Source: Marsupella aquatica (lineage: Eukaryota; Plantae; Marchantiophyta). From it: DNA of 64,000 nucleotides. The stretch spans positions 24,121,438-24,185,437 of the forward strand of contig OZ316895.1 in assembly GCA_973895155.1 (NCBI GenBank). Direction: 5' to 3'. Numbering within the stretch: the first letter of the stretch is position 1; each line of letters starts with the position of its first letter. Below the pieces are notes generated by a model that saw nothing but the letters and a program-made list of their open reading frames with translations, made no database searches and was not told where the DNA came from. Shown piece by piece: positions 25,681 to 37,514 of this stretch. Both the position numbers and the translations under genes were made by a program.

Positions 25681-25765
25681 GCTGTTCAGAATCCTCGTTG
25701 GGAAACGGAAATCTCTCTCTGAAACGGAAATCTCTCTCTGAAACGGAAATCTCTCTCTCTCTGTG
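25620..25765. repeat. (CT)n microsatellite plus 3 x GAAACGGAAATCTCTCTCT in the p24 5' leader/promoter
   Basis: Directly visible; the flanking GCAGCTGTTC.GAATCCT motif also occurs three times (25590-25785). Confidence 0.85.
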
Positions 25766-26259
25766 CAGCTGTTCAGAATCCTAGTTGGAAAACGGACCTT
25801 TCTACTGTTCTTCTATTGCGATTCGCAGGAGAAGATGGAGCAATTAAGTCTTGAAATCTGGCTGATCAGAAGCGAAGCAACAGAACAACCTCTCTCCTCA
25901 AACGTACACTTATGAAGCAGTATTGTATTATATTATTTTGTGGGGATTTGAGTTTCGAAGCACTATCGTCTATCGAGGAAAAAGAAAGCGCATTGCCCGT
26001 CAGTCAACGAAGCCACAGTCCTGCTGCACTGCTGTTTCCTTCCATGTCGATCTTCTGGGTTTTTCGTTTGGGCCTTCTTCCATGTGAGGCCCACCCCATT
26101 TTTTCCTTTTGGGGTCTTCAATTAGATTTTACGAGAGCCCGAATGCCCATTCTATCAATGTGAATAGAAAAGATGACTCATCTTTCTTTCAATCTGCAAA
26201 TTTTGGTGGGGCCCCATAGTCTCTCTAAATGCTTCACTCTAGAAGCCTAGGCGCCGACT

Positions 26260-26760
26260 CTAACTTATGTTTGCGATTTACTAGCTTGATTACCCGTTCT
26301 TTGAATGAAAATAACTTATGTTTGCGATTTACTAGCTTGATTAACCGTTCTTTGAATGTAATTAGAGATGACTACCAAAAAAAAAATTCTTGCAAAACAA
26401 TGTTGTTGTTCATCATTGCCTTCATCCCTCTGTTTTTTTTCACCCTCACTTTTAGTTTTGTCCTTATTGGGAGTCAATGTTGCACTTTGCTCCCATCCCT
26501 TTTCAGTTTTGTCCACCTTCACTTTTCAGTTGTCTTATTGAGAGTTGCAGTCTAGAGACTGCACTCTCCCGTGAAAGTAGTTTTGCATTGCGCTTTATTC
26601 AAAGGTGTGCCATCCTTTGAAGTATAGGACAATGATAGTCTCCACCAGAAAGTGAAGAAAAGAGTTTTTCTGAGCATTATGGAGCAAACTAGAACCCCAT
26701 CCAGAAAGTGACGAAAAGAGCTTTTCTGAGCATGTTGTGTGCGCAGACTAGAACCCCAGT
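26260..26760. repeat. Two separate short tandem duplications (about 51 bp at 26260-26360; about 57 bp at 26643-26760)
   Basis: TAACTTATGTTTGCGATTTACTAGCTTGATTA.CCGTTCTTTGAATG x2 and CCAGAAAGTGA.GAAAAGAG.TTTTCTGAGCAT...ACTAGAACCCCA x2. Confidence 0.75.
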
Positions 26761-29700
26761 CTAGTATATTATGGAAATGGAAATATATGCTTAATAGACC
26801 CCCTACCTGAAAAATTTCACTTGACCAGTCCCCTTGAAACTTTTCTTATGGACCCATTCTTAATAAGCCTTATGAAAGTTATTCTAAATTAAGAAACTGC
26901 ACACTTGTTTGTCCCTTACCATGTGCTTTTGAGTCCCCCCTTATGGTTTACCATGTAGTGTCGTACGAAGTGAGGAGCCCATGTATACAGTTTTGGGTGA
27001 AGACATTATGGATTGTGTATTCAAATAGTTTTACAGTTTAGGGTTCAACTAGTCAGGAGGCAATGTGTTGTGTGGTGCATGCGACACTGGTGGTTTTGCA
27101 GAACAATGATCACACTTAGCAGAAAGAGCAGTTTTTGCGCACCCATGTTGTTTAAGCAGGGGTGAATGGCCGACACTGGTGGTTTTGAAAGACAATGTTC
27201 ATATTATCTTCAGATTAGCATTAGTTTAGGAATATCGGTTTAGGAATATAAGGTGACGTTTGGGCAGGGGTAGATGGCACATTACACTTAACAATTGCAT
27301 ACAGGCTTTTCAAAATTGCATACCATTTTCAAATTGTTGGAGCACAATGCCATTGCAAAATTCAATATGATCTATAATTCAAGTAGATTGCAATTGCTAC
27401 TTCTTGTATTGCTATCCTAAATTGTTGCTACTTTGGTTTAAACTAAGTCAAGTGCTCATTGCTACAGAAAACTTCATCACAACAAGAGCATCTGAATATT
27501 TCATGCCCAACACATCTACTCCAAGTAACTCCACATTGCCCCTAGGGCCAATTACTCTTATAGGAGCCCCCCACAACGACACCCTATGACCATCTACTTT
27601 GATAAGAGCCCGACAGTACGTAGCCAATACAGGTGAATTGTTCATTTCTGATTTTAATTAAGCTGGACTCTGACTCGAGCTTGTCTTGATTCCAAAGGGG
27701 AGAAAATGACAAATTATATTCTAACATACAATGGACAAAGAATAACAGTGCACTTAAAATTGCAAAAAGGGTCCAGACAGCAAACCCCAATGCCCACAAC
27801 AATTGCAATAAACCAAGACGGTCTTCATTCAACTTTGCCATCATCAGCTCCTCCCAAGTACTGTCTGGCTGGCACTGCTTCTCCACCCGAGACCAGTCTG
27901 TATTATGTCAATGTGGTACAAGAAAAAGTTACCTATCACAAGTTCTCGGGCAAGAGATTATGGAAATAACAAGGACCTCCAAAATGGTTATACACCGGTA
28001 ACCCGGCCAGTAACCTTTATTCATCATGACAGTTATGTTTTGTTGGCTCTTGCAAGCAAGAGTCTTTTTACTGACATAGAATGAACACAACAGGAGACTT
28101 CATGGGGCCCCATTTAAGGGAAAACATTGGATGAGTCCCTTTCCAAAGAAAAAGTACTTCTTGGGGCCTCGTGTCCCCCCTCCCCCCGGGCCTCCCCCCT
28201 TTGAGGCTCATCCATACAGGGGAGCGCTAGCGTCGTGCAAGTTTGATCAGGCTCCAAGGTGTGTGAAGGTTTTCTTTGCAAGCCTATCTTTGTATAGGTA
28301 CCGACTTTGCTAGGGTCGTGAGTAGTAGGGTCACAGTCACTTGGGTTTAAGCTTTGAGTGGGAGGTAGAAACAAAAAACCTCTACTTCAACTTGCATTTT
28401 TATGAGTGCTTTTTCACATGGTTCTGTATGTGGACTATTCCATTGCAACAGAGAAATTGGAGCCCCTGTCAGTCAACTTTGTTGGGTTCCCGCTAGGTTG
28501 CCTTTGAGGTGAGTGCATCATCTAAACTGCACTGTGGGGTTGCATTGCAGGCTGACTGCATTGGCTGCCTATGCCTATAGGGACAAGAGTTGAAAGGGGA
28601 GAGGGTGGAGGGCCAGGCTGCAGGGACAAGGGGCTCCGGTAATAAATTTCTTTCAATTGAAGGAGACTCATTTGGTGTTTTTTTCTGACAAGGACCCCAT
28701 AGAGTTGATTGGTGAAAGAAAAAAATAGCCCCAATAGGGCATCTCAAAGTTCACAGACATTATTTCATGACTTATGGGTTGTAGACACAATCTTTATAGA
28801 CTTCAAAATCAGTGACTGTACATCCCACAACTCTTTGTTATGAAGGGACATCCATCAGAAATGGCTGTAAGGAAGCTTCATAGGTTGGGCACAGAAACAA
28901 AAAAAATCAAAACTAAGTTCACCAGACAATAAGAATAGTAATGGTAAGATGTTATGGCCATAAACTGTTTATCTTGGATTGGCTTCTCAAGCCATCCATG
29001 GCTCAGTGACCCTAACATCTTTTGACATTATTTCATTAATTATGTTCCAATGATCTCAAGGCATATCTAGGAGGTTAGGACTCACAGTTCTGGGTGGGAG
29101 CCTTTGTTCACACTAGGTTGCTCTACCATCCCATTTCTTCACCCCCTCATCACCCTAGCCCCATCTCCCACATTCTTGGAGATGACATTCAGGCCCTTTG
29201 TCAACTGCCAATACAGCCAATCTTGTGTGCAATAGATGGCAGGTCCAGCAAAAAATCTTAGCATGGCTTGCCAAGCCATCCAAAATGGCCCACATACTTG
29301 AGGAAGCCCATTCATTTGGTCTTCAAGATGGGCTCATATGATATGAGAGAGGTCTGGCTTTAAAGTGTGGTCTCCTAAGGGGGAGGGGGGGTTGACTACC
29401 AAAAATTGTAGGAACTACATGAGATTTTTGTTTAAAGCATTGGCAGTAACAACACTATTCCAGTATTTGGTGAAAAGAGTTTTAAAAGTATTATAGATTC
29501 AAATTTATAGAATATTCTCTAATATGTACCTTTATAAAGTAAAATATGTTATCTATATTAAAAATAGAGAATACTTTTAGAATAATTTCTTGTAAAATTA
29601 TACTAGGATTGCATGTAATACCCTAAAATATACACTAAGTTAACCCCCCAGGTGATCTCACATAAAATAATACAATTGTCAATGACTAACATGTCAAGGG

Positions 29701-30219
29701 CCTCTGACCCACAAGTAGGTTACTTGTAGTATAATTGAGACATATTTGATAGGACAAAGCCTGGAGCAAAGGGGGCCGTCATTTGCTCATTTTGATATGT
29801 GTTTTGCCACATATGTTATGGAGTGCCTTTCACGTTCAAACATTGTGTATTATCACATAAGCTATGTGGTCATACAGTAGCTTGTAGCTAATACTTGTAA
29901 GTATCATGTCCAGACAATATGTCTTGTCACCTAAGTACCCTATATGCCTATATCGCTATGGCATTGTATGTTTTCCTGGGTCACAGGTTATTTGTTCTTG
30001 TGAACAGACAAAAAAAAACAGGTTGAAAGGAAACAATGAAGTATTATTTGTCAAGTGCCCTCACTTGCTCGAGAACTAGCTTTGAGTTCACATTAAAGAC
30101 CCAAGTTAACTTTTTTAATAATCTATTAATGTGTTTGTGCATTACATGTTTGGTTCTATATATGCTATAGTTTTTTGTTTTGTAGTGATCTCTAAGTAGG
30201 ATCAAATATGAGAGTAGAA

Positions 30220-30740
30220 GTGAGTGGGATAAAATACAGAGTATAATTAAGCAGAGCACATGCAACCAAAAGCACATGATGACCAATGAAAAGTAAAAGT
30301 TCTATGGCACAAAGGTATGCAAAGCTTGTGCGCATAAAATATAGATATTCCTGTCTTATTAATTAATTCCACTCAATTCAATAAAAATCATAAACTTAGG
30401 AAAAAAACCATGAGAAAACTTAAGACAAGATATGTATAGATTTTCAGAATCACTTCTCTCAGTCATGAGGAGACTTAAGACTTGGATCCACTAGGAGAAT
30501 TAAAGTAATTGGATTCAGATATATATGGAATCCAAAACACAACAAATTAAAGATTAAAAATGTGTGGGAAGTGCCAAAACAGATTCAAAATACTCTAGGA
30601 TACCAAAAATAAAGGGGTTCCAAAATTAACTAAAATCTGAGTAACACAAATGACGCACCTTGATAAGGCACATTGAAATAATAGTACATGACACAAATTT
30701 AAGTAAGATAAATCTGAAACATGGATGCACCATATAGCAT
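30220..30740. repeat. Old dispersed repeat; second copy at about 46965-47430 in a WD40 intron
   Basis: Colinear blocks TGGGATA.AA.AC, TATGG..CAAAGGT, CTCTAGGATA.CAAA and CACCTTGAT.AGGCACATT.AAAT in both places. Confidence 0.6.
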
Positions 30741-30769
30741 CTTCATCTTAATTAATAAATTATTAATGT

Positions 30770-32336
30770 ATTTATGTACCCCCATGAGAGGTCCCTTGCA
30801 AATTCCCTGCCACAAGGTTGTACCACATGAGCACAACCAGCCACAAACAGAAAATATCTTAGTTGTGACAGTAACAAAAGGGCACATTCATGTTTGTGGC
30901 AAAAGAAACTTAATTTTTGGGGCGCCATGCCGTAAATATTGAACGTAAAAAAAACAGAATAGAAAGGATGAGATGTCATTTAGTAAAATAAAGTTACCAT
31001 TCTAATGTTTGTCAATGATATATCAATGTTTTATATACAAACATAGGCTATAATAAGCCCCTCGCATCGGGAAGGCACCGAAGGAGGTTGTATTTTATAA
31101 TTGTTTGCAAACTTTTAAAAAACTAATACATAGGAAATGTACATAGTTAGAACCCCTTTGGCTCCACATTGTAAAAATAATCAATCTCCTTAGTACTTGA
31201 TAAAATCTGTCAATGTTTGATTCATTTGAAAGCTCAAGATCAAAATTTTGAAACTCATGACCTCTTTAGTCTTGATAAAATCTCTCAATGTCACACTCAT
31301 TGAAAACTAAGCTAGAGCGAAATTAGAAACTCATCATCTCCTTAGGACTTGACAAAATCTATCAATGTTAAGTTCATTGGAAAGCTAGAGAAATTTGGGT
31401 ACTCATAATCTCTCTAATTCTTGATGAATTACTTTTAATGTCACACATTAAAAAGCTGGAGAGATTGAAAACCTCATGATCTCTTTAGTACCGTGACAAA
31501 ATCTGATATGAAATTTGTCAATATCGGACTCAATGTTGAAAAACTAAAAGAATTCATGAACTCATGATCAAAATTTCTTATTGTCACACTCATTGGAAAG
31601 ACAAAGATCGATATTCAAAAACTCATTTGAAACTTGACAAAAATTGTCAATCTGAGGCTCATTGGAAACCTTTCTCTATTAAGAGACATCACAATCCAGT
31701 CATTGTCACAAACTTAGCCACTGCAAATTGATTTCTTTGATTACGGTGTCATTGCTTGTTCGCAACTCTTGATTCCCAACTTGAATTGTTTGCGTCCCTC
31801 CAGGCTTCAACGAAGATCACTTTGAACACAAGCTGACGCCAAATATAGCCTCTGTGTCAAAGAAACAATCGTTGGTCTCCCCCTCACACAATAGCTTTCA
31901 TAAATTAACAAAACTAAAAAACTTGTATGTGAAGTGATGGCTCGTCCGTTTTGTGTGTTCTTCCCACCAAAATGACAAGCACCCTTTTGCCAATAGCTGA
32001 GTGATGGTCTCCGGTCTATCTTGTGGCAGTAGTGCTTAATGTAACTCACAAACAATCAATCACAAATGGTAGAGATACGATTTCCCCAATGCGTGAGTAA
32101 AAACCGTCCAAAAAATTCTTCCACATTCAACCTTCGGTTTGATGAACCAAAGAGATCATCTCAACCAGATTGATCTCCTCTATCTTTTTGAGCATTCTCT
32201 TTGGTACGAGCACACACCAAGATCACTAGGAGACTCAAAACCATTGGTTATCGCCTCATAGAAAATTGATTTCACTTTATCACCGGGTTTGTCACACACA
32301 TTCCTTGGATGAACATGGGGGTCCACGGATTAATTT
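30770..32336 (+). mobile_element. About 1.56-kb non-coding element, left arm of a large inverted repeat
   Basis: Reverse-complement match to 32920-34532 along its length. Both ends carry the inverted motif ACCCCCATG. Internal degenerate tandem subrepeats at about 31180-31660. Confidence 0.8.
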
Positions 32337-32919
32337 TGCATTACATGTTTGGTTCTATTACACAAATCACTTTAACATTCATTCTGGTGGAGTTTGACTA
32401 CTTACTCATTAGGTCTGATATACATTTCTAAATTTTTTTCCTATTACCCCACAATGCATTGATAATAATTATATGTAGATGATTATTAGCCGTGATTGTT
32501 CAGCTTGTTCTCAGGCTGAACATTGAATTTTATATGTCGGCTTTTCCGTAAGGATTTGTTAGGAGCAAGGCTTGTTATCACACATACAACAAATTTCATA
32601 CCTTTGTCAAGAGTGGAAGAACGTAGCATCTCTATGTGGATGAAATTAATTTGAAAGTGGTGGGAACAACATCTCATTCTCACCACATCATCTTCTCACC
32701 CTCTTAAAGTTATACAAAAGAATTATTTTTGAAAATTTGTGAGAAATTGCCTAAAGCACAAATAGTATGGGCACACAATTGCAAGCACTCCTGAGCATTT
32801 TCCTTAGTAGTTTGTCATCCCGCCCACCTAATGATGACTATTTTAAAATTGAATCTTTTAAACCCAAAATCCTTACTCACAAGGATGGTCTAGATATAGA
32901 ATAATGTTACGTACATAAG

Positions 32920-34532
32920 AAATTAATCCGTGGACCCTCATGTTCATCAAAGGAATGTGTGTGTGATGAAGTGAAATCAATTTTTAGCAAGGTGGTAACC
33001 AATGGTTTTGAGTCTCTTGACGGTCTTGGTGTGTGCTCGTACAAAAGAGAACGCTCAAAAGATAGAGGTGATTGATTTGGTTGAGATTATCTCTCTATTT
33101 ATCAAACGGAAGGTTGAATGTGGAGGAATTGAGTTTTTTGACAATTTTTGTTTACACATTAGAGAAATCATGTTTCTACCAATCCTGATTGATTGTTTGT
33201 GAATTATGTTGAGCATTACCGCCACAGGATAGACTGGAGCACAACACTTGGCAAAAGAGCGCTTGTCGTTTTGGTGAGAAGAATGCACAATACAGACAAG
33301 CCATCACTTCACATACACGTTTTGTAGTTTTTCTTATTGAAGAAAGCTATGGTGTGAGGGGGAGACCAGTGATTGTTTCTTCAAAATAGAGGCTACACTT
33401 GGCGTCAACCTGTGTTTAGAGACTTGAGCTTCAATTGAAGATTGGACGGACGCAAACAATTCAAGTCGGGAAGCAAGCGTTGCGGACAAACGATTGCGAC
33501 ATAATTAAAGAAATCAATTTGCAGCGGCTAAGTTTGTGACGATGACAAGATTGTGACATCTCTTAATCAAGAAAGGGTTTTCAACAAGCCTCAGATTGAC
33601 AAATTTTGTCAACTTCAAAATGAGTTTTTGAATTTCTCTGCCTTTCAATGAGTGTGACAATAAGAATTTTTGATCATGAGTTCATGAATTCTTTTAGCTT
33701 TCCAACATTGAGTATGACATTGACAAACTTCATGTCAGATTTTGTCACGGTACTAAAGAGATCATGAGGTTTTCAATCTCTCTAGCTTTCTAATGTGTGA
33801 CATTAAGAGTATTCATCAAGAATTAGAGAGATCATGAGTATACAAATTTCTCTAGCTTTCCAATGAACCTAACATTGATAGCTTTCCAACATTGACAAAT
33901 TTCATGTTAGATTTTGTCATAGTACTAAAGGGATCATGAGGTTTTCAACCTCTCTAGCTTTCTAATGCGTGACATTGGGAGTATTCGTCAAGAATTATAG
34001 AGATCATGAGTGTCCAAATTTCTCTAGCTTTCCAATGAGTGTGACATTGAGAGATTTTTTCAAGACAATATTAAAGAGATCATGAGTTTCTTGATCTTGA
34101 TTTTTCCAATGAATCAAACACCCTATCAAACATTGACAAATTTCATCAAGTACTAAGTAGATTGATTATGTAGTTGTACAATGTAGAGTCAAAGGAGTTC
34201 TAACTATGTACATTTTTATCAACTGGTTAATTATTTCAAACTTGCAAACAATTAAAAAATACAAGCATTTTGATATAAAACACTCATATATATCATTGAT
34301 GAATGGTAACTTTATTCTACTAGACATCTCTTCCTTTGTATTCTGGTTTTTTTATGCTTAATACTTACGGCATGGCGCCCCAAAAAATTACGTTGCTTTT
34401 GCCACAAACATAAATGTGTGCTTTTGTTACTGTCAAAAATATGATCTATCCTGTTTGTTATTGGTTTTGGTGATGTGGCACAACCTCATGGCAGGGAATT
34501 TGTAAAGGACTTCTCATGGGGGTCCGTAAATA
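32920..34532 (-). mobile_element. About 1.6-kb non-coding element, right arm of the inverted repeat
   Basis: For example GGGGCGCCATGCCGTAA (left) versus TTACGGCATGGCGCCCC (right), and GTCCACGGATTAATT versus AATTAATCCGTGGAC. It has an extra subrepeat duplication at about 33880-34040. Confidence 0.8.
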
Positions 34533-35061
34533 TGACATATTCTTTCACTATCTAGAGTAGCTTAATAGTAGGCTTTGATTGCAAGTTATATTGACCAGCT
34601 AGAATATTGATGCTTAAGCACAGCAAGAGCTCTTCATAAATGAACTATTGTGCCCAACGTACTCTACTAACAAGCAAAGTCTAAATATCAAATTTCCTGT
34701 TGCCAGAGAAATTACGGCCCAATGTTTCATTCTTTGGAGTAGATCATGCACGTTAGGCTTTGATTGCAAAATTGTACTGACTAGACAACATACATATGCT
34801 TACACGTGGGAAGTGCTCCTCTTACTCAGATTCCCATGCCCATCCCTACACACAAGCATAGTCTAAATATATTAGAAAAAGAATGTTACAAGGGAAATTA
34901 TGGCCTATGGTTGCACTCTCCATAGAATGGTCATTTGAATGGTAAAATTTGATAAGAATTATATTGAGAAGCCTGAACACATGTGCTCACACACATGAAG
35001 GGCTCCCCTTACCCAGACTCCTGTGCCCGTGATGCACAAACATAGTCTCACTATAAAATAA

Positions 35062-36600
35062 GCTTTAGTTTAACCCTCTCTCCTAGTCTAGGTATTGTCC
35101 CCCTTTGGCTACCCTGCATAGAATAGCATGCTCTAGAGCAGAATGTCTATGCTCTCATGGATGGGTCTCTTTCAAGAGCAACTATATACTTCCATGATAT
35201 TGATTGCGTATTATAATATAGACACTTTGGGGGTATAGTTTAACCCTTTCTCTCCTCCTAGTAAGTCTGGGTCCTTGGGTGTTGTCCCCCTTTGGCTAAC
35301 CCACACAGAATCACATGCTCCAGAGCAGAATGTCTATGATCTCATGGATGGGTCTCTTTCAAGAGAAACTATATATTTCCATTATATTGATTACTTATTA
35401 TAATATAGACACTTTGGGAGTTTAGTTTAACCCTCTCTCTCCTCCTAGTCTGGGTACTTGGGTGTTGTCCCCCTTTGGCTACCCCACACAGAATCACATG
35501 CTCCAGAGCAGAATGTCTTTACTCTCTTGGATGGGTCTTCTTTCAAGAAAAAAGATAGAATTCCATTATGTGGATTGCATGTATTATAATATAGACACTT
35601 TGTGCCTTTAGTTTCTCTCCTCCTAGTCTGGGTCCTTGGGTATTGTCCCCCTTTGGCTACCTAGCATACAATCTCATGCTCCTGAGCAAAATGTCGATGC
35701 TCTCTTGGACGAGTCTTCTTTCAAGAGAAAGGATAGACTTCCTCTATTTGTCCAATATTCCCTTATATTCCCCGGCCGGGACCAAAAATTCCCGACCCAT
35801 CCCCGGCCCGGTCACGAACTCTCTCGACCCCTCACGGCCTGGCACGACTGCGTAGTCCCGGCCTGGCCTCCCCTTCCCGGTCTGGCCCGGCTCTTTCTCG
35901 GCCCGGCTCTCCCCCCCCCAACCGGCCCTTCCCGCCCGACCCCCCCCACCCCCAGCTGATCCCCCTGGCCCAACCCGGCCAACCCCCCAACCCTCCCGGC
36001 CCGACCTATTTGTCCAATATTGCCTATTCCCGGCTCAGCCCGGCTGCGTAGTCCCGGCCTGACCTCCCCTTCCCGGCCTGACCTCCCCTTCCCGGCCCGG
36101 CTCTTTCCCGGCCCGGCTCTCCCCCCCTCCAAACCGGCCCTCCCCGCCCGACTTCTGGCCAGCTCGAACCCCCCCACCCCCCCAGGCCGATCCCCCTGGC
36201 CCAACCCGGCCAACCCCCCAACCCTCCCGGCCCAACCTATTTGTCCAATATTGCCTATTCTCGGCCCGGCCCGGCTCTTCCCCCCCCCCAACCAGCCCTC
36301 CCCGCCTGACTCCCGGCCGGCCCGACCCGACCTGACCCCTCCCCTGGCCAATCCCCCGGCCCAACCTGGCCAACCCCCCGACCCTTCTCCCGGCCCTACC
36401 CTGTCATCCGACCAGGTTCGACCGAGATCGGGATAACATATGTCATTTGTCATCCCAAATCCTCCTATTTGTCCGACAGGTCCAAACCGGGACTACCTTG
36501 CATACAATCTCATGCTACGGAGCACATTGTCTATGCTTTCTTGGATGAGTTTTCTTTCAAGAGAAAGGATAGACTTCCTCTATATAGATATTATAACATA
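35062..36600. repeat. About 185-bp tandem array (4 units plus a partial fifth) interrupted by a GC-rich block
   Basis: Unit TAGTTTAACCCT...TTGTCCCCCTTTGGCTA...CATGCTC.AGAGCAGAATGTCT...TTTCAAGAG...ATTATAATATAGACACTTTG. Confidence 0.85.
35743..36490. repeat. GC-rich, strongly strand-asymmetric (C-rich on +) tandem block of about 3 units of 230-260 bp
   Basis: CTATTTGTCCAATATT.CC recurs at about 35743, 36006 and 36237, partially at 36466, separated by CCCGGCC-rich sequence. Confidence 0.8.
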
Positions 36601-37514
36601 GAAAGATTCTTTCACACGAGTTAACCATAGCAATGAAAAGATTCTAAGAAATATAATATCAAAAGAATGCTGTGAGCCTGTGAGCTTCTACAGTAGTAGT
36701 CTAGTTGGGGACTCTGGGAAATCCCGTAATTAGCGGCACTGCTGCCGACGGAATGGAAGGAGTGGGCCGGGCAGGGCAGGGAGGGTCAGGTCTCCTGTCC
36801 CCGGATCTGAAGGTGGCCCCGGGGGCAGCGGGCAGGGAGATCAGCGGGCAGCGGGCATTTGAATTCCGCGACATGCGTCGTGGCAACCGCTGCCCGGACG
36901 GAAAAGTTGCGGGCTGCCCGGAACGGCAGCGCATGCTCCCCCTCCCCCTCCCCCTCCCCCGTCTGGCAAAGTCGACTCGAGGAGCTCATCATTCGGAAGA
37001 GCAGAAGTCGATGAATCATCGTGTCGCTCCTGTACAGTGGTACTCGGAGTCCCGAGGTGTGGTGAAGAAAGGAAGAAGCAGGGAAAAGAATTAGGGTTAT
37101 GGCGATGGCGAAGCGGATGACGACGGATATTCGATGCCACACGAGCTCAGTGTAGCGCAAGGACTCGACCACTCGGGTCCGCTCGAGCTGCTGAACACGT
37201 CGAGCAGAGTTCGCACGCATGGGGAATTTTGAGGGGTAAGGAGGGACGAAATGAAGTGAGATTTGGAGGTGTGTTGCGTGAGGGAGATGATTTAATGGGG
37301 ACGATGGAGAGGCGTGGGGAGTGGACAGCGGTGGGCGGAAAGGAGGCAGGAAAGCGGGATGAGGCGTGGGCGAGCGGAGCAGGAGGAGGAGGGGGGCGAG
37401 AGGAAATGGTGACGGGGGGAAGGGAGAGGGGGGAGTTAATTGTTTTTTGATACCGGAAAGAGATGTGTGAAGGAGAATTGGCTCGAGAAGGAGGCAGAGC
37501 CAGAAATAGAGAGG

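Noticed and set aside
27400-27970. Short ORFs faintly resembling a Gypsy protease region
   Set aside because: No catalytic motif, and hints on both strands conflict; too degenerate to call.
35636-36453. Gly/Arg- and Pro-rich ORFs of 107-213 aa on both strands
   Set aside because: They arise from a GC-rich tandem repeat that lacks stop codons; no domain signature.
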